43,803 nt of DNA. Source: Guillardia theta CCMP2712 (taxonomy: Eukaryota; Protista; Cryptophyta). Where the stretch lies: positions 153,997 to 197,799 of the forward strand of contig NW_005434548.1 of the NCBI RefSeq assembly GCF_000315625.1. The letters run 5' to 3'. A program made the translations under genes and the position numbers. Below, one piece after another: positions 27,384-39,714 of this stretch (position 1 is the first letter of the stretch; each line of letters starts with the position of its first letter). The notes beneath the pieces were generated by a model, which was given only the letters and a program-made list of their open reading frames with translations, did not search any database and was not told the origin of the DNA.

Positions 27384-28046
27384 TCACACGCTCACCGCCG
27401 GGTCGACGGTCGCGCCGTCGGCATCGACGCCTCTTGCCGTCGAAGGAGACACCAGGAGTACCGTCTCTTGGCTGAGGAAAACAGGAGTGTTCTCTCCTGG
27501 AAAGTTGACAAGCTTTCCTCCTTGCCAGATGTTTAGCCCTTCGAGAGACAACCTTGCTCTAAGTCTCGCAGGGAAGAGAACCCCGTCCTCGCATGCCAAC
27601 AGGCCGCTTCCAACGGGTTGTACTCGGTGACCAGACGCACCCGTCCATGTGAAGCAAGTACACTTCAACACGTATCCACGGGTCCCGTGCAACGTCGGAA
27701 CTTGCGGTTGTCGAACTTCTTTGTGGCCGTCTCGCATGTTGATATGTTCAATGTAAGCGGTACATTCGAGTCGAGTTCTCCAGACTTTGTGTTTGAGATC
27801 AAGTGTGTGGTCCACGACTGAGTCCATTATTGCACCAGGATTCATCGTGCATGCGCGTGCATCATCAGGCTTCATCCCTGTACGCAGTGCTGTGACATCC
27901 GGCCGCGGAGGGGAGATGTCTGGACCTTGTTCGCACAATCGCTTCCTCTGATGATTGGGAAGCTGGCTCGGCTCCACTGTCATTGTAGACTCAGGAAAGC
28001 TGGTATCCTCGGCGGAGGAAGGATGCGCATGAAGGGGACGATTCAT
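27384..28046 (-). CDS. Hypothetical intronless ORF (220 aa)
   Basis: ORF track; its ATG overlaps the stop of 28043-28393 (ATGA). Confidence 0.35.
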   Translation of the reverse strand: MNRPLHAHPSSAEDTSFPESTMTVEPSQLPNHQRKRLCEQGPDISPPRPDVTALRTGMKPDDARACTMNPGAIMDSVVDHTLDLKHKVWRTRLECTAYIEHINMRDGHKEVRQPQVPTLHGTRGYVLKCTCFTWTGASGHRVQPVGSGLLACEDGVLFPARLRARLSLEGLNIWQGGKLVNFPGENTPVFLSQETVLLVSPSTARGVDADGATVDPAVSV

Positions 28047-28393
28047 GACCGCTGAAGGATCATTGCCTGTAGGTGCGCATGCTCTGACCTTAGTGCAGAC
28101 ACTGGCACTGGATGAAGGTTCACACCTCTTCTTGCATACAACACCCGCACCCCGGTGAGGATACCAGTAGAAGGTGTGTATGGCATGTCGAGTACAAAGT
28201 GTCCATGTTGGATAAGTTGTTCAACGGAGGACCCAGCCGGAACATTGAACTCCATTCTAAGCTCGTCCAGCATTGTTTCAAATGATATTGATGGCTGATC
28301 ATTCCTCACATTCTGGTCTATCCCCTTGAATGTGCAACTCCCGGGATCCTGCATTGCGACAGTGGGAATGAAAGTGGTCACGTTACCTAACAA
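28043..28393 (-). CDS. Hypothetical intronless ORF (~100-116 aa)
   Basis: ORF track; helical-looking segment FETMLDELRMEFNVP...VEQLIQHGHFVLDM. Confidence 0.3.
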   Translation of the reverse strand: MLGNVTTFIPTVAMQDPGSCTFKGIDQNVRNDQPSISFETMLDELRMEFNVPAGSSVEQLIQHGHFVLDMPYTPSTGILTGVRVLYARRGVNLHPVPVSALRSEHAHLQAMILQRS

Positions 28394-29145
28394 TGTCAGA
28401 ATGTTGGCTTACTCTGTTCTAGATTCGTTCAATCACAAAAAGTTTGAAATTTGTGTATCTATGAAATTTTGGAATCGACTTTTCCTGTTCTAGTGAAATT
28501 TACTGCCCTCCTCCGATCAGCTTGTAAGCCACCACGGGTTCCAGTGACTGAACGAAGACCTCCAGCCTCGGAGTGGTCCTTTTAACACGGGCCAAGAACA
28601 GCAATTGTTTCAGTTTGCGGTGGTTCCCTACACGCGACATTGCGAGGAAAAACACGCCGCAGTTTCGAACACGAATACGAGACAGCCAACTGTGACAGTC
28701 CAGACAGTGGAATCTCACGCCGGGTCCGAAGCTTCTTTTCGGACAGTCGGCGAGTCCGAGTCACGGTTAACCTTTGTCTGACTCGGGTCATGCTTATGAG
28801 CTCCGCGTTTCAACTAGAACACAACGATGGCCAAGATAGGACAACTTAATGATTTGTTCTGGGAGAAAAAATGTCGCGGCGTCAACACCCCCTTGGTCCA
28901 TTGTTCTCTATTAGGTCAAATACCCTTTCTTGTCGTCGTCGTCGCTCCTGCAACATGGCGTCATTTGCTCTGCTGGATTGCATTTTTCGGGCAGTTCTGG
29001 TTCATGTTGCTCCATGCATTGTCATCGAATTCCATCCGTTTAGTGCGCCAAAGTTATATTAGTGAGTGCCTATCAACTGTGGGGGAGCCAACTTGTGGAG
29101 CTTTGACTAAACGTTTGTACCAAGATTAAAGTCCGTTTTTGGCCT

Positions 29146-29295
29146 CTTGGAAGTTAACACTTGAAATGAGAAAGTCGATATCTTTTTTTTTTCAAATGCA
29201 CTCCTTATTTATTAGTGCTAGTACCCCCCCTTGGAAGTTGACATTTGCATTCACTACCCCTGCTTGGAAGTTTACACTTGCTTTTACTACCCCTG
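29146..29295 (+). repeat. Imperfect 33-bp direct repeats
   Basis: CTTGGAAGTTNACAYTTGCWTTYACTACCCCTG at 29230 and 29263, plus a partial copy at 29146. Confidence 0.75.
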
Positions 29296-29432
29296 GTCCC
29301 GCCTTTTACACAGGGGTGGTATAGCCCTCCCACCACTAAACCGACCTTCTGAGGACCCGGAGTTTGTAGGGGTGGGGGGGTCGATTCTACAATATCACAA
29401 AACGAGGGAAGGTCCAGGCAAGAACTTGAAGC

Positions 29433-30151
29433 ATGCCCTCCGTCCATGCTCCCTGTGCCCCCCCCCGCTTCCTCCTCCTCCTCCCCCTCCTCCTCGCTCT
29501 GTCGACTCTTGCTGCCGCAAGCAAATGCTACCTTTCTACCCAGGAGCTCACTGCTGGTAAGCATCCAAAGCTCTCAAACTAGATGGCGTGACCTGTGCGC
29601 GCACTAGGGGCATGCCCGAAGACGAAGGTAACGTATGGAAGCTGCCAATCGCAGGCTATCGCCGATAATAATCCCAAAATGACTGCTGCGGCAATTGCAT
29701 CATCAGTATCATCCGATGCTGTTTGCAAGACCCGGATAGAAGCTCAATGCACCAGCATTGGACTGGTGAAGTACATGTTATTGCAGCGATGACCTCTGAG
29801 CCTTGTTGATAGAAAGCGAAGGCTACGACTTGCGGCCCCATTTGCAATTTCGTATTTGCAGGCCAGATAGGAAACGCTCCCGGTTGCAAATCAGACTCGC
29901 AATGCACGTCTGCGACTTCGGATCCTAAAGTTAATGTGTGCTGCAGCCATCTCAAGACGTTGGTGACCGACCTGTGCGAGGGCTCGATAGACACGGCAAT
30001 CGCTCAGGCGAAGGCCGGTGGAGAATGCAGCGATGCTGCAGACTGCACCGTTCCAATCAGCAAGTCCGGACCATCAGCCTACAGCTTCGCTTCCCTACCT
30101 CTCCTAGTTTTCTCTGCAGTCGTGGGTCTCGTCAGAAGCGGAAGCATTTAG
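29433..30151 (+). CDS. Small secreted cysteine-rich protein, probably GPI-anchored (3 exons)
   Basis: MPSVHAPCAPPRFLLLLPLLLALSTLAAA signal peptide; two short GT-AG introns keep the frame; many Cys; C-terminal hydrophobic tail SAYSFASLPLLVFSAVVGLVRSGSI*. Confidence 0.8.
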
Positions 30152-31959
30152 CTCTAGAAAGGGAAAGATCCCGTATAGCTAGACGAGGAGCAGCCTCTGC
30201 TTGGTTGACTAGCCATAAACCTCTTCTTGCAGTCCAGCCACGACTCTTGTCCAAGGCTCCATCAGTCCCAGGACGTCACTCCACTTCTCCAGCTATTCCA
30301 GTGTAGCCAGTCAAGCTGCTCAAGTGTGCTCTGGTCGAAAACGGCCGGCTGGTCGTAGATCTTGAATGCACAAGGGCGACAGCACGGCAGTTGACTCGCT
30401 TCGAGTGCGGGAGCAGCTCAACAGCTTCTGCCGACCTCGAGCAAGCAGCGAGGTGTCTCCGTCAAACTTGAACGCGACTTAGCCGCGGAATCTACGAAAG
30501 AGCTCAAACAATCCACAGCGAGCGAGGCGAGGCGAGGCAGACCCACATGTTCATGTACAAGTCGCTTGCAGACCTACACAAAGAGAGATATCAGATAGAT
30601 CTATCATGGTCAGTCAGGAATGCATCCGGCTCATACTACTGCACCGCGGCAACCTTTTGACAAAGTACGCAGGTGCTGTGTTGTATCCATGAGGATCCGG
30701 AACCACGGATACTCGTCGGATACTCTGCCGGATATTCTCTATTTAACGCTTCCTCAGCGGCAGGCCTTCTGAATTTCCCCCACTTGCATGCACAGTGAGT
30801 GTGGTGGTTGTGCGTAGTTTACCTCCCAGTAAACTTAGAGACTTCTATCTTCTGTTTCTCTATCTTCTTCATCCTTACTTTACTCGTGTCGTTGACAATC
30901 TTTGTGTTGTTTATACAACATGCTGCCTAATCAGGCGGTGTAGCCAGCCGTAGGCTCTTGTGCCCGGGGACCTGTTTCTCGATTCCGGTGGTATTCATGC
31001 TGTCTCAAGAAATCAAGAAAGCACCGGATCCTTGTCGCCTTGCCACCTCTTGCTATCTTCATACACGGGACATGGCCTACATTTCTGATAACGGTCGGAT
31101 ATTAGGGCCCACCAGCATGTACTGTTATTGTCATCAGGCCTCCCTGATCACCTGATAGTAGAAAATATGCAAACCTCAACAGGGTTGATGTACTCAGCTG
31201 CAAAATCATTCGCAGGCTCACCGTCCCTATTTTGACCAACACCTTTCCAAGGAAATCAAATGGATCTGTTATTCACCAATCGCCCCTGTGAGAGAATGTT
31301 GAACTCGAGAAATAACAAGCAAAATGACGTAACAACCTGATCGACAATGCTGGAGGAGACCGTGCGACGACTGATGTCAGTAGCAGTGCTGTTCATCACA
31401 TAGATTAGACTTGTCCATTAAATCATGCTCTTTTCAAGATTGCTTCTTCCAAGTTTGAGCTTGCTCAACACAGCCTCGCCTCGCGACCTTGAGCGAGATC
31501 TTCCGTGAGGACAAGCTGTGTCAATCGGGTGTCGTTGCACCAAACGGCTGCTACCATGGTACGCATAGGAACCCAAGTTTCCATCACCAAGCTCTCAGTC
31601 ATTACCCCAGACTCCTCTTGACCCATCTGTGACAGTGGGCTCTGTAACAGTTTGAATTCTCTTGTTGGCTTCGCTGCTCGTAGAGGTCAGGTAGGAGGAT
31701 TGTGCTGCCTTTAGTCCAAACTATCTGCAAGCGTTGCCTCTACATGTTTCGCTTCCCTCATTTCAAGAAAAAATTTCTGTTTCAAAGATTGCGACAACAA
31801 TGCCTTGGAGCCGCCTGACAGATTGCCAGGCAAGCCAACGAATTTGATAAATTCCAAATTCCTTGCTGATAAGGTCCTTGCTAGCTGTTGGAAGCCTGAA
31901 ATGCTTCATGGCTCACCATGAATCGACTATGGCGGATCGATCAGCAATGACGCACTAGT

Positions 31960-32540
31960 GAGTGAGAGAGAGAAAGGGAGAGAGACAGAGAGACAGAGGG
32001 ACAGAGGGACAGAGGAAGAAGAAAGAGAGAGAGAAGGAGGGAGGGAGGAGAGAGAGGGAGAGAGGTAGGGAGGGCAAGAGGGAGGGAGGGAGGGAGGGAG
32101 GGAGGGAGAGGAGGGAAGGAGGGAGAGGAAAGAGAGAGAGAAGGAGAAGGAGAGAGAAGGAGAGAGAAGGAGAGCCGGATCCAACTCATCGCCGTCNNNN
32201 NNNNNNNNNNNNNNNNNNNNNNNNNNNNNNNNNNNNNNNNNNNNNNNNNNNNNNNNNNNNNNNNNNNNNNNNNNNNNNNNNNNNNNNNNNNNNNNNAAGA
32301 GAAGGGAGGGAGGGAGGGAGGGAGGGAGGGAGGGAGGGAGGGAGGGAGGGAGGGAGGGAGGGAGGGAGGGGGGGAGACAGAGAGTGGGTAGGGGAGAGAG
32401 AGCGTGGGCGAGAGAAAGAGTGAGAGACAGAGAGGGGGGGAGGGGTTGAGACAGAGAGGGAAAAAGAGAGTGAATGAGAGAGATGTAGAGTGAGTCAGAG
32501 AGAGCCAGAGGGGGGCAGAGGGAGACACAGATGATGAGGG
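31960..32540 (+). repeat. Polypurine (GA/GGGA)n low-complexity tract with a 100-N gap (32197-32296)
   Basis: Direct reading. Confidence 0.9.
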
Positions 32541-32822
32541 AGAGTTTGTGTGAGTGTTTATTTGTGGGAGTGTGTTTGCGGCTCGTGTCATGCCAAGGAC
32601 TCAGCTGTGTCGTTGTGGGTGGTACGGTCGCGGCTGACCGTCGGCAATGGCATCCGTGATAGTGGGACTCTAGCATAGGGTTTAGGTCCTGCACCGAGAG
32701 CACAATGATGGGTTGATTAGCCAAGCCCCCTCGATATTCAAAGTGAGCGGAGCATTTTGACTCACTTTACTTGACAATCAGGATTTTTGAGATGAAAGAA
32801 TAAGATTGAAATTTACAAGCAT

Positions 32823-33410
32823 TTATTTGCCAGAAGTGTCTTGGTGAGTCTTGTTGAGTCGGCTGAAATACTTCTGCGCATGAGACCGGACTTGCGAAGC
32901 TGTGCGAGTTCTGACGTGCAAAGAAATCAGTTGCGCTACCCCTTCTCCCAATCCCACGCTCTTGTTGCCCCTTCTCTTCGAATTCATTCGCAGATCACCG
33001 TACTTCTCCAAGCCAGCCAGAAAAAGATTATGCTCTTCTTCTGTCCATGCGTTTCTGAGCAAGGGCTCTGGACTCCACGACTCCGTAGAGCATTGCTGCG
33101 GAGGCCACGAAGCTGAAGTGTTGCTGACGTTGTCTGATTCGGAGACAATATTGGAGCTGAAGTGCCCAGATGCAGTGAAAAAGTCTGGTGTTTCATGATG
33201 GCTGGGAGCTAAATCATAGAATGACGCGCCCTGATTGCAGCATATCTCGCAATCCTCATCGCAGACGTCGAATGAGCTCGAGTGGTGATGCTGATCCCAG
33301 CTTTGATTATTGCAATTTTCCGATCTCAGCCCGTGCATGTCATCGATAACAGGTGCAACAGTCGAGCTTGAAGCATAATGCAACCACGACGACTGCAAGT
33401 CTTCTGCCAT
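32823..33410 (-). CDS. SHAQKYF-class single-repeat MYB transcription factor
   Basis: WTEEEHNLFLAGLEKYG...ISLHVRTRTASQVRSHAQKYF; probable ATG at 33410 (MAEDLQSS). Confidence 0.93.
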   Translation of the reverse strand: MAEDLQSSWLHYASSSTVAPVIDDMHGLRSENCNNQSWDQHHHSSSFDVCDEDCEICCNQGASFYDLAPSHHETPDFFTASGHFSSNIVSESDNVSNTSASWPPQQCSTESWSPEPLLRNAWTEEEHNLFLAGLEKYGDLRMNSKRRGNKSVGLGEGVAQLISLHVRTRTASQVRSHAQKYFSRLNKTHQDTSGK

Positions 33411-34084
33411 GCTGCTGTGCGAACCAGATTTCGGCGTGCACGCTAAGAAGCCAGAGCAGAGCATCTGTAGTAAATGTCATCTGTAGTAATTGGAGTTGTT
33501 TTAGTGTAGTAATCTCGGAAAATGTCAGCGATGTCAGCAAACCGGACTTCAAGACTGTAGTAAGAGGTCATCGATTGGCGCATCACGTCGCAAAACACAA
33601 CGATAATTTATTTTACCACATGTCAGCACCACACAATGATGTTGAACACGTGCCTACATTTTGAGACCCCCGTGATCTCTATGATCCGGACGACATCCCC
33701 GCAGGTCAGCCCGCCCAGGCATGTTGGCAAGGGCAGCAAAGAAACCATTAGAATTTGATGGGTCGGTCCTGGGGCATCACGTCACTCCCGCCCTACGGCC
33801 CCATGGTACAAACGTACCTCGTAGTAGCTTGATTGTTGAGTAAAGAATTCAGCGAAGGCAATGGCGATAGCAACCATAGCAGGCTTTAACTTTAAGATAG
33901 AATTCCAGACTAGCATGTGATTGGTAGATCATTGATGCAAGTCGAGAGTGTAAGCTTAACAGGAATCTCGAAAATGACCAGGTTCTTTTGTTTGAACGAA
34001 CAAGCAGCGTTTAAGCTACGATATTATCAGAGAAAATCACTTGCGACGTAAAAACTGTGTTTTGCAATTCCACTGACGTTTTCT

Positions 34085-36040
34085 TTGGCTCCTCAGGTAT
34101 GGCTTTCGCAAGCATATGACAGCTGCTTTGGGGAACCTTTCAACAGAAGCGTGTTTAGGTGGCAGAATCTGAGGTCGAAAGAGGTTCTCATTGATTGTTG
34201 GACTATGAAGGGCAGCGTTCTCAAGCGAAAGGCGATGATGGGAGGAGTTAAGACGCGTACAGATGCCCCCAATCATCTTCATAATAGCGCTCTCATGGTC
34301 CAGAACAAGTTTACGACAGAGCTGCAACAAGCTGTGGACAATCCTGGGCAGGCTGGTCAGAGTCTATCGCAGTATGAGAATATCCGACAAATCGGACAAG
34401 GATCGTCCGGCGAAGTCTACCTTGTGCGGAGGAAAAGTGACAACACATTTTGGGTGTCAAAGCAAGTGAAGCTTTCGCAAGCGCAGGTACAATGATTTGT
34501 AATGATCCCTGTTAGTCAGCTTGTCGAGAAGATAGCATGCAGTGTACTTATTGATTCTTTATGTCAAGGGCAAGATGTCGATGCCAAGCTCAGACCGAGC
34601 AGCTATCATGCACAGACGTGCAAGAGAAGCTGTTTTACAGGAGGTCTTGCCAATCAAGCTGAAATGACTGTGAGTGTGATGACGTTGTCATAGGTGAGAA
34701 TGATGGAGGGGATCAGTAGCCAACACATCATACGGTTCTATTTGTTCATCTCTTCGACTGCTTGCTTGCTATCTTATTGTTTTTTATCTGCAGATTTGAG
34801 GCTTCTTTTGTTGGGGTTGATGAAATTTTCATTGTTATGGAGTACGCAGAAAATGGTTCGGTTGCTGATATGATCAGGTCAATGTTAAGATGATCTTGGA
34901 TTGGAATGATATGATCTGATGCAGCCAAGCACATAATCGACATGATTGTATCAATGAATCTGATGTCTGGAAATGCTTCATACAGGTAAATTTCGTTGAC
35001 TTTGTCCCCTGCTTCTGAGCGCGTTACCTGCTCAGGTGATAGCAGGTTTACAAGTGTTACACTCATTGAACATCGTACATCGAGACATCAAACCTGCCAA
35101 CATTCTGGTTGTCTCACAAGATCTCGTTAATTCATCTGCTCATCTTATAAGTGCAGGTTGACAAGAACAACAATTTTAAGATTGCAGATCTTGGCATCGC
35201 GCTTAGGATCGGAAACACAGTTCAGGGAAGAATCAGACATGCAAAGGGAGGAACGATTATGTGCATGGCGCCTGAAGTCAACATCGTTTTGATCATCTTA
35301 AGTTTTTTATTCTTTTTGCAGATTTGTATGGACAAACCTTTCGACTCACGTGTCGATGTTTGGTCACTGGGATGCACAATCTATGAAATGGGGGCTCTTG
35401 AGCCAGCATTTTATGTCAACACAGGGCAGCTTGAGACTGTAAGGGATCAAGTCATTGAGAACTTTGTGACCAAGATTCAGGACATCAAGGCGGTGAAGGA
35501 GCTCCACCTTGAACGATCTATTTTCTCCCTCCCGTGGTTGCGTCTACATCGCTCGGCGTACTTGTCGGACTCATTTCTCATGCAGGGGCCTTGGAAGTGC
35601 GCTCGAGACGCTGGTCACTTCATGTCTGACGTACGATCAGGTGAAGTCAACATGCTACCTGATTCTCATAATTGGATGTCAACAGAACAAGCGGCCGTTT
35701 GCTCATCAGATCTTACTTGAACACATCGTGAAGGAAAAAATCACTGAGCTGGGCTTGACTCTGGATACAGTGCAACGTGAGAAGGCAAGTCGTCACCCTC
35801 CGAGCGAGATTTCGAAAGCGTCGCAGGTCAAGTCACAACATGGAGGACTTGAAAGAGAGGCTGGGAGAGGCCTGCCCCCTTGGTATCATGGAATCAGCTG
35901 AGAGTCAAAAGCTGCCGTCTCTCAGTGCCAGGCATCGCCGCTACAGGGCGTAGGCCCAAGGATGCAGCTGTGCTGACTTGTCGAGGAAGCCGTCAGGATA
36001 TCTGCACCGGTTTCCCATCGCCACAGGGCAACTGAACTGG
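34085..36040 (+). CDS. NEK/NIMA-like Ser/Thr protein kinase (multi-exon; ends approximate)
   Basis: YENIRQIGQGSSGEVYLVRRK, VSKQV, IVMEYAENG, IVHRDIKPANIL, KIADLG, GTIMCMAPE, DVWSLGCTIYEM. Confidence 0.9.
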
Positions 36041-37485
36041 ATGGACTCAGACACTCCAACTGATGGCAGTGATTTGTGCTGAGTCAGAATCAGAGGCTGC
36101 AGTCTTCCAAGACTGCCATCGTCGCAAGCCAACAGTCAACTTTGGCTAGCAGCTCAACATAGGCTAACTCTGAAAATCACATCATCAGGTCTCCGATCGG
36201 ACTTCGATTTAACTGAGAAGCTTGAGGCTTGTACAGAAGGACTCATCGGCTTCACGCCATCATGACCATCATGGACCACATACAACGTACAGTTCTGATT
36301 ATTATTCACGACGGTTGGTGTGAAATTGCAGCCTTGTTTGCCTTTATGCTTCAAAAGTTGTCAGACTGAACGCTTTGAGCTGCCAGTGGCTGGCCAAGGG
36401 GCCGCGCCCCGCGCGGCTGTCAGGTCACCGTGCTGTCAGCTGATGAAGTTTCAATTGTTCACAAATACTGGCTCGTTTTGGAGTTATCATTGCTGTCGGG
36501 GCCCTCACTTCTTGAATCAGACCGCCGGATCTTCAAGTCGAGTCTACTAGTGACTCAGTGATCTGAGTCGCCGCCCGGCAGCACACTGCCATCACAGCGC
36601 TGAACCCTGAAACAAGTTCCGATATGGGCAAGTACCGTACGGTACCAACAATACTCAACGGTTGACAGCCGCTGACTCGGAGTCAGGGCCGGGCCGGCGG
36701 GAGGGGCCGCCTGGACTGCGGCCGCTCCTACTACTTGAAGACTCTTCAACGGTTGCTTGACGGAGTACAAGTTTGTTAGACTTGTACTATGCCAATTTGT
36801 ACTATGCCAAAGTAATGCAGACACCATGTCGACCTTAGTTGTAACAAGACAGTTTTTGCTCAACTTCGCACCGAGTTTGCTACGATGCACACAGGCGCGG
36901 CTGCGAAACAAGGGTTCGGAGGAGGCAAATGAGAGATAGATTCAGTATCAGGCTTGTGCTAGGATGGGCCAAGCCTGGCATCCAGACATGAGAGGACCTT
37001 AGCAAGACGGCTAGGAAGGCCTCAGGGCCTCCGAGGCTTCGTCACTGTGAACGCACGGTACTACATTGCCGCCTCAGGCTCGCTCGCCTCAGTTGTGACT
37101 CGTGTGACGGTCGCCGTCTTGGGCAAGTTTCAAGTTACAGGACCGTTCACATATCCGAGGCTCAGGCTGACTGGCCCGTGGCGCGGCCGCGTGCCAGCCG
37201 CAGTGGCATGCAGTGCGATCCGCATCATCAGATGTGCTTCACTGAACGGTGCCGCGGGGGCATGTCACAGTGACCGTCACGGCCGCGGGCGTTGCGGCGC
37301 CGGGCCGCCCCGGGGGGCCGGGCGGGCGCCGCCGGTACTAGGCTACATCACGGTCACCGCGGTACTCCCAGGGGGTGCCAGCATTCTTTGCTCAGGCTGT
37401 CTGATCCGGCATCGGCGCCCGGCCCCACCGACTCGGTCTCCGAATCATCCGATCCGACTGGGCCGTTGAAACGCAGTTGGAGTCC

Positions 37486-37527
37486 AGTCTTCACTCAAAG
37501 TTAAGTTAAAAATCAGAACGAAGACAA
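37486..37527 (+). other. Dispersed ~40-nt conserved intergenic motif, copy 3
   Basis: AGTCTTCACTCAAAGTTAAGTTAAAAATCAGAACGAAGACAA. Confidence 0.85.
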
Positions 37528-37891
37528 TCAGGAGAGACGAGGAGGCGTGACCGAAGGTCGCACACTGGCTGGGCCGAACGGCGAGAAGAGAAAAGACAGC
37601 GAGAACCAAACCTATTCCTGCCGACTGCTGTCCCCCAAACTTAACTGATCCAGTCAGGCGCAGGCTCACGGTTTGGAGCCGCTTATTTATTCTTTTATTA
37701 TTTTGACCAGGCCGCTTACGCATAAAGGGCATCACAAATGCTCTACTTACACTCTGGTTCATCGTTTCTGCCAAGAGAAGACCTGAAGAACAAACGTGTT
37801 TTGATGTGGCAGAACCTAGTTGACATGAAGCTCTAATCCATGGTCGAGCAAGGCATCTAAAGAAGCAAAGGCAAAGCTGCTTGCGTTCTCC

Positions 37892-39714
37892 ATGTCTTGG
37901 CTCCTCCGATTCTTTAGTTTTGACAACGAAAATATTGCTAGTCGCCACATAGACTCACGACAACGAGCAAGGAAGACGTGGAATGTTGGTGAAAAGGAGC
38001 CGCAGGTTAAGGTAGGGGACATCATTGAAAAATATGGACAGGTGAACCAAATTTGGATTGGCCAACATGATCGTATGACTTTCAGGTGTTCACATGGTCA
38101 GACTTACATGTCATGCCCTCGAGGCTTCAATGCCTGCGATCAGAAGGTGATGTCATGTGCGATATGCTGCTAGAAACGTTCAACCCGCAACCCAAGGTGC
38201 AAACACTCCACACCTCCTGTCTATCCCGTTTCGTCTGAGGACCATACAGGATGACGTGCTAGACAAGATCCTTGACGATGCTAAAGAAAGCTCTGATTTG
38301 AATGCGAAGAACTTTATTCACGCATACAGTGAAGTGCCAGCATGGGTTGACTGGGAGCAAGTGAGAAGAGGGCAGAAAGTTTTTATTCGCGACCTCCCAG
38401 CCTGCGGAATTTCGCTCTACTACCTCAGTTTGGTAGGAGGATTTAGTGCTCCCTTGATTACCAAAGTGCTGAGGGCCACAGGATATCTTACAAGTGGAAG
38501 GAAACAAGTGATTCGACGACTGGCCGATACCTCTCAGATGATCTTCGAGTGTTTGATGCCTGACTCGCTTCTTCCCAACAACAAGGGATGGCTGTCTGTT
38601 CTGCGTGTACGCTTCCTGCACGGGATGGTTAGGAGACGGTTGAAATCGAGACCATATTGGAATGAGAAGGAGTGGGGAGTGCCAATCAATCAAGAAGATA
38701 TGTCTGCGACATTGCTTGCGTTCTCCTACAACGTGCTGATTGGAATAGAACTTGTGCTTGGAAAACCTTTGAACCGGGAGGACCAGGAGTGTTACATTCA
38801 TCTATGGCGCTACATCGGATGGTTGATTGGAGTTGATGACAAGCATAATCCTTGCACCTCAGTAGATCGAGCAAAGGCAACTTTAGAATCCATCGTGATG
38901 CACATCTTGGAACCAGATGAGGATAGTCGGGCAGTTGCTTTTCACCTGCTCCAGGTCGGTCTCTAATTGCTGATGGTGGCTAACACAATTCTTCAGGTTC
39001 CAAGAAATGGACGAGGACTAGCTTTCAGGTTTTATTTCTTGTTTGTTTCTAACTGACCATCGTCTTCGCAGGCAACATCTCTGTCGAAAATTCATAGGGG
39101 ATAAGTTGGCGGATTCTTTGGGGCTGCCAGTCTCTACATTATGGCAATCATTTACATATTTTTTCATGATCTGTATCAGATTGTACAGGTATATTCTCTC
39201 AATGTATTCTTAGATCAAATCTAACTCAGGTTTTGAAGTTGGGTAATTCGTTTACCCATAGTGAAGGATAAAGCATATACTTTCCACTACAATCTAATCC
39301 GAAAGGCTTTATATGAAGGTTTCAGATTCGCTTGATTGCTGGACGCTGAGCCTTGTCTCAGGGGAACTCAAGAATGCGCAGCACGTTCTGACTTCAGATC
39401 CGCCAGAGTTCTTTACTTTGAATGAAGAATCGTACAAGCTGGGACACGACAATCTTCCTTCGCCGATTACTGGTAGGGTTGAGTTTAAAGTGCTGTCTTG
39501 CGTCTGATTGTTTTTGATAAGGTTGCCCAGTTTTAAGGACTCACGAGATAAGAGATACAAAGGTTTCCATGACATGCAGAATTTGCATCCTTCACATGTG
39601 TCTCAGGTCGCTGGGTATCCAGTATGGCAAAAGCTTCTTGTTTCAACTGCCCTGTTTACATTCGGCACTGTCTGTCTGTTGTCCAGGAGTTTTCCTGAAC
39701 GATCCTTGGTATAA
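37892..39714 (+). CDS. MpaB/latex-clearing-protein (DUF2236)-family heme oxygenase with C-terminal TM anchor (multi-exon)
   Basis: PAWVDWEQVRRGQKVF, RRLADTSQ, LRVRFLHGMVRRRL, WGVPINQEDM, LWRYIGWLIGV; C-terminal LLVSTALFTFGTVCLL. Confidence 0.88.

Larger units (their letters stand above)
24200..29300. mobile_element. Decayed intronless island (possible relic of a transposon or virus); boundaries approximate
   Basis: Protein-like frames broken by stops and frameshifts on both strands, no microsatellite introns, internal minisatellites, overlapping ORFs. No hallmark gene recognised. Confidence 0.35.

Noticed and set aside
30300-31930. Possible gene between the Cys-rich protein and the MYB gene
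   Set aside because: No ORF with recognisable motifs or a consistent exon chain found by eye.
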